From contig CBDBID010000041.1 in NCBI GenBank assembly GCA_965205565.1, forward strand, positions 8,455-72,454: a DNA stretch of 64,000 nucleotides, given 5' to 3'. Under the pieces are notes generated by a model. It made no database searches. It saw only the letters and a program-made list of their open reading frames with translations, and had not been told where the DNA came from. The DNA is from Acidobacteriota bacterium (GTDB lineage: Bacteria > Acidobacteriota > UBA6911 > RPQK01 > CBDBID01). Positions 51,321 through 60,732 of this stretch are shown here, piece by piece (position 1 is the first letter of the stretch; each line of letters opens with the position of its first letter). Position numbers and translations under genes: made by a program.

Positions 51321-52421
51321 ATGGGGGCGAACATGGGTGAAAAAACGGGCAAAGTGAGGGTGAACGTGGAGTCCCTGGTGCGAGCCAACATCTTGGGTCT
51401 GGCACCCTACCAGTCCGCCCGTGGCACGATCCAGAAGGGGATCCTGTTGGATGCCAACGAGAACCCTTATCCGCAGGACTGGGAAGGCATTTCCCTGAAT
51501 CGATATCCGGATCCCCATCAGCTGGAACTCCGTCACTCGCTGGGCTCCTATCTGGGAGTGGAGGTAGAAAACGTGCTGGCCGGTGTGGGCTCGGACGAGG
51601 TGCTGGATTGGATCTTCAAAGTCTTTTGCCAGCCAGGCCGGGATGCGGTGGCCATCACCGAGCCCACCTACGGTATGTATCGGGTCATGGCTCAGATTTA
51701 CGATGTGGAGGCCCTGGATTTTCCTCGGGATGCGGCATTCGATTTTTCGGCGCGACACTTTCTGGAGGCGGTGCCGGAACGAGTCAAGGTGGCCTTTCTG
51801 TGTTCGCCCAACAATCCGACTGGAAACCGGTTGAGTGAGGACGAGGTGTTGCGCCTGTGCGGCGACTGGAGCCGGGTGGTGGTTCTCGACGAGGCGTATG
51901 TGGAGTTTTCCCGGACGCCTTCGCTGGCGCCGAGAGTGCAGGAGTTTCCCAACCTGATCGTGCTCCGAACCTTATCGAAAGCCTTTGGTCGGGCCGGCGT
52001 TCGGCTGGGATACGCGGTGGCCTCGCCTGAGATTATTTCCTATTTTCTGAAGGTGAAAGCGCCTTACAACGTCAGTTCGATCACCCTTCAACTGGCGCGC
52101 CGCACCCTGGAGCAAGGGCGCATGCCCACGCCCGAAGTGGAGGAGATCTGGAAGGAGCGAGCACGGCTGCTTCGGGCTCTCCGGAACGTCCCGGAAGTGG
52201 AGCGAGTGTTCCCCTCCGAGGGGAATTTCCTGCTTTTTCGCTGCCGCGGTGCCTCCGGGATCTGCCGAGATCTGATGCAGCAGGACATCGTGGTACGAGA
52301 TCGCAGTTCCATGTTGGGGCTGGCTGACTGCATCCGAGTCACGGTGGGGACACCAGCGGAGAATGACGCTTTCCTGGATGCGTTGCAGCGGCTCTTGCAG
52401 GAGCGCAGGCCAGGGCGCTAG
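51321..52421 (+). CDS. hisC: Histidinol-phosphate aminotransferase
   Basis: Class II aminotransferase with the PLP-lysine region LRTLSKAFGRAGVRLGY. The start is 51321 or 51333. Confidence 0.9.
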   Translation: MGANMGEKTGKVRVNVESLVRANILGLAPYQSARGTIQKGILLDANENPYPQDWEGISLNRYPDPHQLELRHSLGSYLGVEVENVLAGVGSDEVLDWIFKVFCQPGRDAVAITEPTYGMYRVMAQIYDVEALDFPRDAAFDFSARHFLEAVPERVKVAFLCSPNNPTGNRLSEDEVLRLCGDWSRVVVLDEAYVEFSRTPSLAPRVQEFPNLIVLRTLSKAFGRAGVRLGYAVASPEIISYFLKVKAPYNVSSITLQLARRTLEQGRMPTPEVEEIWKERARLLRALRNVPEVERVFPSEGNFLLFRCRGASGICRDLMQQDIVVRDRSSMLGLADCIRVTVGTPAENDAFLDALQRLLQERRPGR

Positions 52422-52458
52422 TACCTCGTTGCGCAAATATTTCTGCAACGAGGTACTA
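52417..52458. promoter_or_regulatory. Perfect 15-bp-arm palindrome spanning the hisC stop codon (hisC-hisB spacer)
   Basis: CTAGTACCTCGTTGC-[12 nt, AT-rich]-GCAACGAGGTACTAG. No T-tract follows. Confidence 0.5.
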
Positions 52459-52592
52459 GAAGGTCGAAACGGAGGCTGGAATCGGGGGGGACGGTCGAGC
52501 CAAAAGGTTGGGGGCAACTCCCCTCCCGGATCTTGACCGCTGGGCCGGCCCGTTGTGCAACATGGGATGGTCGGGGTAGGAGTTGGAGAAGC

Positions 52593-53189
52593 ATGAAGAA
52601 ACGAGTGGCGGAATTGATTCGGGAGACGGGTGAAACCTCCGTCCGGGTGCATCTGGACCTGGACGGGGAGGGCAAGAGCCAATGTGAGACGGGCGTTGGA
52701 TTTTTCGAGCACATGCTGCAGTTGCTGGCGCACCACTCGAAGGTTGATCTGGAAATCCACGCCGAGGGTGATTTACAGGTAGATGACCATCATCTGGTGG
52801 AGGATGTGGGTATTGTTGTGGGGCAGGCGTTGCGCCAGGCCTTGGGAGATAAGAGCGGCATTCGGCGCTATGGATCGGTGTTGTTGCCGATGGATGAAGT
52901 GTTGGTGGCGGTAGCGTTGGATCTCAGCGGACGCTACGCCTTCGTCTGCGATTACGCGCCTGGCCAGCCTCGAGTCGGACAACTGTCCACCGAAATGGTG
53001 CCCCATTTCTTCTCCTCTCTGGCCGCGGAGGCTCGCTGCAACCTGCATTTTCGCTTTCTGTATCCGGGACAAAACGAACATCATCGAGTGGAGGCCATGT
53101 TCAAGGGTTTCGCTCGCTCGCTTCGGACGGCCGTGCGGATCGATCGGGAAGCGCTTGCCCGCGTCCCCTCGACCAAGGGAACTCTGTAG
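52593..53189 (+). CDS. hisB: Imidazoleglycerol-phosphate dehydratase
   Basis: IETGVGFFEHML...HH..ED and its operon context. Confidence 0.93.
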   Translation: MKKRVAELIRETGETSVRVHLDLDGEGKSQCETGVGFFEHMLQLLAHHSKVDLEIHAEGDLQVDDHHLVEDVGIVVGQALRQALGDKSGIRRYGSVLLPMDEVLVAVALDLSGRYAFVCDYAPGQPRVGQLSTEMVPHFFSSLAAEARCNLHFRFLYPGQNEHHRVEAMFKGFARSLRTAVRIDREALARVPSTKGTL

Positions 53190-53208
53190 GCGTCCGACGG
53201 GAAGGTTT

Positions 53209-53817
53209 TCGATGATCGTGGTAATCGATTACAAGGCCGGAAATCTGTACAACGTAGGCAATGCGATGCGCCATTTGGGCGTGCCGTATATTTTCTCCGG
53301 GGACTCATCGACGGTGGCGGCGGCCAGCAAGATCATTCTGCCGGGCGTAGGCTCCGCCTCGGCGGCCATGGACTCATTGCGAGAACGGGGACTGCTGGAG
53401 GTCTTAAAGCACTCCAAGGTTCCGTTTCTGGGAATCTGCCTGGGGCTTCAGTTGCTGTTTGTATCCTCCCAGGAGGAGGATACCCCGTGCCTGGACATCT
53501 TACCGGGGCGGGTGCAGCGCTTTGACAGCAGTCGGGAAAAGGTTCCTCATATTGGCTGGAACCAGGTTGATTTCTGGTCAAAGCAGAGCGGTGGGACCCA
53601 CCTGTTCGATGGCATCCGCGATGGCTCCTATTTTTATTTCGTGCACAGCTACTACGCGCCCGTGGACGAGGCGCTGGTCCTGGGCGTGACCGACTATGAC
53701 GGTCCTTTCGCTTCGGCGGTCCAAAGAGAGCACTTTCACGGGGTGCAATTCCATCCGGAGCGTTCTGGTGATGCTGGCCTGAGATTGCTTCGAAACTTTG
53801 CGGAGATGACACCTTAG
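53209..53817 (+). CDS. hisH: Imidazole glycerol phosphate synthase glutaminase subunit
   Basis: MIVVIDYKAGNL...GICLGLQLL...HSY. Confidence 0.93.
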   Translation, partial: SMIVVIDYKAGNLYNVGNAMRHLGVPYIFSGDSSTVAAASKIILPGVGSASAAMDSLRERGLLEVLKHSKVPFLGICLGLQLLFVSSQEEDTPCLDILPGRVQRFDSSREKVPHIGWNQVDFWSKQSGGTHLFDGIRDGSYFYFVHSYYAPVDEALVLGVTDYDGPFASAVQREHFHGVQFHPERSGDAGLRLLRNFAEMTP

Positions 53818-54000
53818 TGCTCCCTACCATAAATACGGTGACGTTTGCACAGGGGGCTTGGGAGGTGACGGTCGAGGAGCGAGGAGGAGGCGATGCCGGG
53901 GCATCGTCGACGAGGAACGACAACGAGATCGCCCGCAACTCCCTCCGCCCAGAGGGTTGCGACGCAACAAACATCATTGTATTTATGGAAGGGAGCACTG
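53815..54000. repeat. MITE-like repeat, copy B, with near-perfect 20-bp TIRs; it is inserted exactly between the hisH stop and the hisA start
   Basis: The 5' end is (TA)GTGCTCCCTACCATAAATAC. The 3' end is GTATTTATGGAAGGGAGCAC(TG). The hisH TAG (53815-53817) is the first 3 nt of the element. The hisA GTG is at 54002. Confidence 0.8.
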
Positions 54001-54001
54001 A

Positions 54002-54721
54002 GTGTTCGTAATACCTGCCATAGACTTGATCCAGGGGCGGTGCGTGCGACTTTATCAGGGAGACTACTCCCAAAAGACGGTCTACGACACCAGTCCCGCT
54101 CGACAGGCCCTACGCTTTCAGGAGGCCGGGTTCACACGACTCCACGTGGTGGATCTGGAGGGAGCACGCTGGGGCCAGGGGCATAACCGCCAGGCGATTC
54201 GAGAGATCATTCAGGGCGTCGACATTTCCGTCCAGGTGGGAGGTGGAATTCGTTCCGAGCGAGACATCGGCGAGTTGAAGAATTGGGGAGTGCGGTATCA
54301 AATTCTGGGGACCGTAGCTCTCACGCAACCCGCCAACGTGGACCGTTGGGTCGATAGATGGGGCGCCCAGACCTTCATCGTCAGCCTGGATTTCCGCGAA
54401 GGGAAGATCCTTAGTCAGGGATGGAGTGAAGAGAACCAGACGAGCCTGAATCAGATTCTCGAGCGGATTCACCGCTGGGGGCTGTCTCAGATCATCTGTA
54501 CCGATGTCACCCGGGACGGGACGCTTCAAGAGCCGAACTACCAGACCTATCAACAGCTACTCTCGCAGCTCTCCTCGGATGTCCGCCTCATCGCCGCTGG
54601 CGGAGTGAGCCGGCGGGAACATCTGGATCGCCTGCGGAAAATGGGCCTGGCCAAGGCCATCATGGGCAAGGCTCTGTACGAAACAAAGGTTTCCCTGGAG
54701 GAATTCGCCGGTGTTGGCTAA
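54002..54721 (+). CDS. hisA: ProFAR isomerase
   Basis: VIPAIDL..G.CVRL...VVDLEGA. GTG start. Confidence 0.93.
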   Translation: MFVIPAIDLIQGRCVRLYQGDYSQKTVYDTSPARQALRFQEAGFTRLHVVDLEGARWGQGHNRQAIREIIQGVDISVQVGGGIRSERDIGELKNWGVRYQILGTVALTQPANVDRWVDRWGAQTFIVSLDFREGKILSQGWSEENQTSLNQILERIHRWGLSQIICTDVTRDGTLQEPNYQTYQQLLSQLSSDVRLIAAGGVSRREHLDRLRKMGLAKAIMGKALYETKVSLEEFAGVG

Positions 54722-55475
54722 ACGAATCATTCCCTGTCTGGATGTTGCGGCTGGTCGGGTGGTCAAGGGTGTGCACTTCGTGGACCTGCGCGATGCGGGA
54801 GATCCGGTCGCACTGGGACAGCGCTATTATCTGGAAGGGGCGGACGAACTAGTGTTCCTGGACATCACGGCTACCGTGGAGCAGCGTAAGACGGTGCTGG
54901 AATGGGTGCGACGAGTGGCGGATTCCATTTTCATACCGTTCACGGTGGGAGGAGGTATCCAGACGCTGGATCAGATCCAGGAATTGCTGCGGGCGGGTGC
55001 GGATAAAGTGTCCATCAACAGCGCGGCGGTCAAGAATCCGCGCCTGCTTCGAGAGGCGTCTTTGGCCTTTGGCAGCCAATGCATTGTGCTGGCCGTCGAT
55101 GTCAAACGTCAGGAGGAAGGCTGGAGGGTTTTTGTGGGAGGGGGACGGTTCGAGACCGAGCGCCTGGCCCTGGAGTGGATTCGTGAAGGCGAGGATCTCG
55201 GGTCCGGAGAGATTCTGCTCACTTCGATGGACCGGGATGGCACGCAGGAGGGTTACGATTTGGAACTGCTTTGCCAGGTGTCGGAGATGGTCCGTATCCC
55301 GGTGATCGCGTCCGGCGGTGCGGGATCTCCTCAGCATCTGCTGGCCGGATTCCGGGAAGGTCAGGCCGATGCCGTCCTGGCGGCCAGCATTTTCCATTAC
55401 GGTCAGTATTCGATACAAGAGGTCAAGGGCTTTCTGCGGGAGCGGGGCATTCCGATCCGCCTGCCGGAAACATAA
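54711..55475 (+). CDS. hisF: Imidazole glycerol phosphate synthase cyclase subunit
   Basis: [15 protein letters not shown]...GADE. Confidence 0.93.
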   Translation: MLAKRIIPCLDVAAGRVVKGVHFVDLRDAGDPVALGQRYYLEGADELVFLDITATVEQRKTVLEWVRRVADSIFIPFTVGGGIQTLDQIQELLRAGADKVSINSAAVKNPRLLREASLAFGSQCIVLAVDVKRQEEGWRVFVGGGRFETERLALEWIREGEDLGSGEILLTSMDRDGTQEGYDLELLCQVSEMVRIPVIASGGAGSPQHLLAGFREGQADAVLAASIFHYGQYSIQEVKGFLRERGIPIRLPET

Positions 55476-55526
55476 TCCGGGCCAAAACGGCCGGAGCGAT
55501 GGAGAGAGAAGAGAGGGCATCTCAAG

Positions 55527-56177
55527 ATGTTTGACGCCGCACAGTTGGACTGGGAAAAGACCGGAGAGCTGGTTCCAGCCGTGGTTCAAGACGCCGGTAC
55601 CGGCCGACTGCTGATGTTGGCTTTCATGAACCGGGAAGCACTCGACAAGACGATCGAGACTGGATGGGTCACTTTCTGGAGTCGCAGTCGCGAGGAGTTG
55701 TGGACCAAGGGAGCCACCTCGGGAAACTACCTGAAATTGAAAGCGATTCGCAGTGATTGCGATCGAGACGCTCTGCTCATCCTGGCCCAGCCTCTCGGTC
55801 CCAGCTGCCATCAAGGTACCCGTTCCTGCTTTGGTCCGGACGAGGAGTTCTGGGGCCTGGAATTCGTAGCTCATCTGGAACGGATCATCCTCGATCGACG
55901 GGTAAAGAAGCCGGAAGGCTCCTACACCAGCCGCTTGTTCGCGCAGGGCCTGCCGGAAATTTCAAAAAAGCTGGGCGAAGAGGCCGTGGAAGTGGTCGTG
56001 TCGGCGGCTCAGTCCCGCCAGCGATCCGTGGAGGAGAGTGCCGACCTCCTATACCACCTGCTGGTTTTTCTGGCGGAACGAGGGATCGGTCTGGCTGAAA
56101 TCGCCGGGGAACTCAAACGCCGTCACCTAAGCCGGGGAAATACGCTCTCTTCGGGAGGGGCCGTTCATTCGCCGTAG
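55527..56177 (+). CDS. hisI: Bifunctional phosphoribosyl-AMP cyclohydrolase / phosphoribosyl-ATP pyrophosphatase
   Basis: The HisI block is ...DCDRDALL...C...G.SCF. A C-terminal HisE-like helical domain follows. Confidence 0.88.
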   Translation: MFDAAQLDWEKTGELVPAVVQDAGTGRLLMLAFMNREALDKTIETGWVTFWSRSREELWTKGATSGNYLKLKAIRSDCDRDALLILAQPLGPSCHQGTRSCFGPDEEFWGLEFVAHLERIILDRRVKKPEGSYTSRLFAQGLPEISKKLGEEAVEVVVSAAQSRQRSVEESADLLYHLLVFLAERGIGLAEIAGELKRRHLSRGNTLSSGGAVHSP

Positions 56178-57112
56178 CGGGGCCGATCGGACAAAGTCGT
56201 CCGACCGCCCAGAGGCATCAGGGCTGGCTCTACCTCCTCGTCGAAAGGCTTGCCCTCGATGAAAGCTTTCACGAACGGGTCCTGGGAAGCTCGGAACTCT
56301 TCCTGGGAACCCTGGAAGTGCAGGCGTCCATCTTTGAGCAGGATCACCCGGTCGGCCACGATCTCCACGCATTTCAGATCGTGAGTGACGACGATGGAAG
56401 TCAGGTATTCCTGGCGGTTCAGTTTGCGAATCAGCCGGCTGATGGACTTTCCGATAATGGGATCCACGCCGGTGGTCGGTTCATCGTAAAGGATTGCGTC
56501 CGGATTAATGGCGATGGCACGGGCGATGGCTACCTGCTTCAGAGAGCCTACACTCAGGTCTTCGTAGCGCAGATCCCCCATACCCTCGAGCTCGACCGCA
56601 TCCAGAAGGTATTCCACCCGGTCCCGGATGGCGCCTTCATCGCGCATGCCCTGTTCCCGCAGTGGATAGGCGATGTTCTCCGTGACGTCGAGAAAATCGA
56701 AGAAGGCGCCCCCCTGAAAGACATAAGAGATTTTCTTCCTGATCTCGAGCAAGTCCGATTCGTCCAGTTGGGTGAGGTCTCGGCCCTCGAAAAAGATCTG
56801 ACCGTCGTCGGGTTCCAGCAGACCCACAATCAGCTTCAAAAGGACGCTTTTTCCGCTGCCGCTCTGACCCAGAACCCCCAGAGTCTCGCCCCGCCTGATC
56901 TTCAGGCTGATGCCCTGAAGCACCGGGTAATCGAATGCTTTGGAGACGCTCGAAAGCTCCACCAGCACCTCCGTCTTCTCCGATTTCCCGGTCGGCACTG
57001 ATGGAGAAGCGTCGGGTTGCCGGCGTCGTGACAGAAGGGTGCCGGTCAGAAGCACGCAGAGCAGAATGATATAGGCCAGGAGGATGGAGATTACGAAGAG
57101 CTTAAACAGCAT
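56165..57112 (-). CDS. ABC transporter ATP-binding protein with an N-terminal TM helix and an atypical signature motif
   Basis: Walker A GQSGSGKS, Walker B ILYDEPTTGVD and H-loop VVTHD. The signature is LSVGSLKQ instead of LSGGQ. Confidence 0.8.
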   Translation of the reverse strand: MLFKLFVISILLAYIILLCVLLTGTLLSRRRQPDASPSVPTGKSEKTEVLVELSSVSKAFDYPVLQGISLKIRRGETLGVLGQSGSGKSVLLKLIVGLLEPDDGQIFFEGRDLTQLDESDLLEIRKKISYVFQGGAFFDFLDVTENIAYPLREQGMRDEGAIRDRVEYLLDAVELEGMGDLRYEDLSVGSLKQVAIARAIAINPDAILYDEPTTGVDPIIGKSISRLIRKLNRQEYLTSIVVTHDLKCVEIVADRVILLKDGRLHFQGSQEEFRASQDPFVKAFIEGKPFDEEVEPALMPLGGRTTLSDRPRYGE

Positions 57113-57159
57113 CCTTAGAATGAACTCTTCCTGCGCGGGCCCCGGACTGACCTAGTGAG

Positions 57160-57627
57160 TCAGTGGCGGATCTGGAAGCGAATCAGCTTTCTGGCCATCT
57201 CCTTTTTTCGATGGCTATTGCTGCGTCGGTATCTTTGAAGCCATTCGCGAAGTTCCCGAGGGCTCATATCCAGCACTTCACAGACCCAGTGAAAACTACC
57301 CGGATGTCCCTCTTCGGAAAGGAACCACTCGAAGGCGTCTGTACGCCACATCTCCCACTCCTTGTTGGAGACCTTCTTGGGAGCCACGATGTCTCGAAAG
57401 GCCTGGAGCAGGATGCCCAATGCCAAGTTTCTGAGGAAAGTATCGGCCTTTTTGGCCTGTGGATAAAGGCCCGCACTCTCCATCACTGGAATCTTCATGT
57501 CTTTCTTTCTCAGAGGGTTCACACTCCAACCCTTCGGCTTCTGGTGAACCCGCCCTACAGTTAAGACTACATATACTGTGATGTCCAGTTTTGAGAAAAG
57601 TTTCAGGAGTTGCTGGCTGTGGCCCAC
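57160..57627 (-). CDS. Hypothetical protein
   Basis: 155-aa ORF. No family recognised and the start is uncertain. Confidence 0.35.
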   Translation of the reverse strand: MGHSQQLLKLFSKLDITVYVVLTVGRVHQKPKGWSVNPLRKKDMKIPVMESAGLYPQAKKADTFLRNLALGILLQAFRDIVAPKKVSNKEWEMWRTDAFEWFLSEEGHPGSFHWVCEVLDMSPRELREWLQRYRRSNSHRKKEMARKLIRFQIRH

Positions 57628-57628
57628 A

Positions 57629-57658
57629 GGGAGGGATCACCCCGGAGTGATCCCTCCT
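57629..57658. promoter_or_regulatory. 12-bp-arm perfect inverted repeat in the divergent promoter region upstream of tpx
   Basis: GGGAGGGATCAC-cccgga-GTGATCCCTCC(T). A TACAAT -10-like hexamer lies about 40 nt upstream of the tpx start. Confidence 0.4.
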
Positions 57659-57735
57659 AGTAGCGCAGGTTTGGCGAGGCCTCAAAACTGGGTTACAATG
57701 CGCCTCCGTAAGAATGTGCAACAAAGGAGGGAAGC

Positions 57736-58257
57736 ATGACGATCAATCGAGCGGGTGCGGTAACGCTCCAGGGGAACCCTTTCTCACTGGTGGGTCCTGA
57801 GCTGAAGTCGGGCGACTCAGCCCCGGATTTTGAACTGGTCAACGGCGAGATGAAGCCGGTGAAATTGGCCGACACTCACGGAACAGTCCGGATCTTCAGT
57901 GTGGTTCCCTCGCTGGACACGCCCGTGTGCGACGCTCAGACGCGGCGTTTCAATCAGGAGGCCGGCGGCCTTGCGGGAGTGCCGATCTATACCATCAGCA
58001 TGGACCTTCCCTTTGCCCAGAATCGGTGGTGTGCCGCGGCCGCGGTCGACAAACTGACCATGCTTTCCGACCATCGGACCGCTTCTTTCGGGACCGCCTA
58101 CGGTACCCTGGTCAAGGAGCTTCGGCTGAACTGCCGCGCCATTTTTGTCCTCGACGCCGAGGATACGATACGCCATGTCGAGTACGTGAAGGAGATTGCC
58201 AGCCACCCGGACTATGATTCGGCTCTGGCGGCGGTGCGAAACACGGCCGGCCTGTAA
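57736..58257 (+). CDS. tpx: Thiol peroxidase (atypical 2-Cys peroxiredoxin)
   Basis: SVVPSLDTPVCDAQTRRFN and the resolving Cys in WCAAA. Confidence 0.93.
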   Translation: MTINRAGAVTLQGNPFSLVGPELKSGDSAPDFELVNGEMKPVKLADTHGTVRIFSVVPSLDTPVCDAQTRRFNQEAGGLAGVPIYTISMDLPFAQNRWCAAAAVDKLTMLSDHRTASFGTAYGTLVKELRLNCRAIFVLDAEDTIRHVEYVKEIASHPDYDSALAAVRNTAGL

Positions 58258-58414
58258 GGCACCCCACGCTGAGACTGTCTGCCAAGCGGCCCCGCCTGGT
58301 GCCGGCATCTTGCCAGCGGTGCAACCGCCCTACTTCTCCAGGACCCGGGGATGCGGCACCCCGAGCCTGGGGTTCGAATTCCCGCCCCGGTTCTCTTGTA
58401 GGATCCCAGGGCCG

Positions 58415-60648
58415 TCAGGGTGGGTCCGAGAGCAGCCGAGCCATTACCTTCAGATCGGTGGTGGGGAGCTGGCAGGCATAGTCTTCACACACGTAGACAG
58501 TGGCTTTTCCGTCCAGCATCTTTATGCTTTTGGCGAATGGAAGGCGCCCGGCGGCGGACTCTCCGGAGTCGTCCGGATCGACCAATAGGACGAGCTTGTG
58601 TGGGAGAAAGGCCCGGTGCGCCTCTTGTAACAGGGCTTCCGTGCTTTTCTCCCCGTATCGTCCGGCGATGATGATCTGTCTGGGTTTGTCCAGATAAAAG
58701 GCCAGTGCGGCCAGCATCTGGGGCATGCTCTGAGGGGCTGTGCTCAGGCGCCCGGCGAACAGCTCCAGGCTCTGCTGCGCTATCCGTCGCCACTCGCGAT
58801 TGTCCGTCATCTGAGCCAGCCGGAGGAGATTGAGCGTCATCACCGAGCTGCCGGTCGGTTCTGCGCCGTCGTAGCTTTCCTTGGTGCGCAGCAGCAGGGA
58901 TCGATCGGTGCCAGATGTGTCGAAAAATCTCCCCTTCGCCGGGTCCCGGAACAGCTCGGTAGCCATTTGGGTCAGATCCAACGCCAGCCGCAGCCAGCGG
59001 TCCTCCAGGCAGGCCTCGTAGAGGTCGAGGAAGCCCTGGGCCAGGAAGCTGTAATCCACGAGCAAATCCTGCATAGCGAGCTTCCCCATCCCGGTAGCGC
59101 CGCTGGGAGGTGTCATACAGTTTGGCCACGACGAACTCACCGGCTCGCCGGGCTGCCTCCAGGTAAGCCGGCTGGTTCAACACCTGATGAGCCCGTGCCA
59201 GTGCCGAAATCATCAAGCCGTTCCAGGAGGCCAGCGATTTATCGTCCAGATGGGGCCGGGCCCGTGCTGACTGGGCTTGCCGCAATCGCCGCCGGCTGCG
59301 CGCTGTGAGTTGACGGATTTCAGCCGGAGATTTGCCGAATTTCCGCGCGGTCGATTCGACCGGGTGAGCCAGGTACAGGATGTTTTTTCCAACGAACACC
59401 TCATGAGGGTCTTCCAGAGCGTTGCCTTTGGACTGAACACCGTACTGGAACTTGAAGATCCGGGCTGTCTCCGCCTCGAGCAGGTCATCCAACTCGGCCT
59501 CCGTCCAGACGTAAAAGGCTCCCTCTTCCTTCCGATCCGGTTTCCGCGGATCGGGGCACTTTCGGCGTCTTTGGCGGAATAGAAACCGCCCTGCGGATGC
59601 GCCAGGTTATTCAGCACGTAATCCAGGGTTTGGCGTGCCACCGAGGCACGTGCCACCGAGGCATAGAATCTTTTTCGGGTGATCTGATGAGCATCCAGAT
59701 AGGAGCAGGCCAGCTGAGCCTGATCGTAGAGCATCTTCTCAAAATGCGGCACTCGCCATTGCTGGTCGACCGAATAACGGTGAAACCCACCGCCAACGTG
59801 ATCGAAGATTCCACCCTCGGCCATTTTTCGCAAGGTCGTGAGCGTCACCTGAAGAGCCTTCGGATGGCGGAAGCTCCAGTGGTAGCGAAGCAGAAAGTTG
59901 AAGGTGACCGGCCGGGGGAATTTGGGGGCGGAGCCGAATCCGGAAAAGCGCGAATCGTAACTTTCCAGAAACGCTTGAAACCCCTTGTTCAGTATCGAGT
60001 TGGACAAAGAATTACCGGTCGTTTCCAGCTCGAATCTCCGTCTTAAAATGGACGTGAGTTGCTTCCCGTACTGGGCGATCTTGTCGGGCTGTTTCGTCCA
60101 AGAGGTCTGCATCTGCTGCATCAGACGCGGAAACCTGTCCGCGGGAATGTAGGTGGTTCCATAGAATGGTTTGAGATCGGGAGTCAAAAACATCGACATC
60201 GGCCAACCCCCTCGACCGCTGATGGCCTGTAGAGCGGTCACATAGATGCGGTCTACGTCGGGACGCTCTTCACGATCCACCTTGATGTTGACGAAATATC
60301 GGTTCATGACCGCCGCGATGGCCTCATTCTCGAAAACCTCGCGCTCCATGACGTGACACCAGTAGCAAGTGGAGTATCCGATAGAGAGAAAGATCACCTT
60401 GTTCTAGCGGCGGGCTTTTTGGAAAGCCTCCTGACCCCGGGATACCACTGCACCGGATTGTACGCATGCTGGAGCAGATAAGAACTTTTTTCACGGATCA
60501 GCCGGTTGGGTTTGCCGGACTTCGCCTTTTCTGCTGGCCCTGTGGACTCCTTCCCGTGCGTCGTTTTCTGGCCAGGATCTTGCGTCAGAGCGCACGTCAA
60601 CATGACGGCCCCGACCAAGACAGCAAGCTGGTGGAAGCGGATTCTCAA
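58415..60648 (-). CDS. Thioredoxin-domain protein YyaL/DUF255 (thioredoxin-like domain plus six-hairpin glycosidase-like domain), with about three apparent frameshifts
   Basis: Signal peptide, then [24 protein letters not shown] (60394-60648), then [16 protein letters not shown]... (ORF 59213-60397), then the middle and C-terminal parts in frames 58485-59492 and 58415-59140. Confidence 0.8.
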
Positions 60649-60732
60649 GTTAGCCTAGACCTCCGCAAACCGTGTCTTCGGCCGGATGCGGCCTGGGTCA
60701 GGAACTCTTGAGCCGTCTCCGGGGGCGGCGCC

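Noticed and set aside
53815-54000. Possible retron ncRNA (msr/msd-like, flanked by inverted repeats)
   Set aside because: No reverse transcriptase gene lies nearby. The element occurs in both orientations relative to transcription and in multiple copies. A MITE or REP explanation fits better.
53817-54011. 64-aa ORF inside MITE copy B (MLPTINTVTFAQGA...) with an N-terminally similar ORF in copy A (18815-19024)
   Set aside because: The similarity arises from nucleotide identity. The copies differ by 35-nt and 90-nt indels that are not multiples of three, and by many nonsynonymous changes. In copy A the conserved 3' part is in another frame. This is not a peptide under selection.
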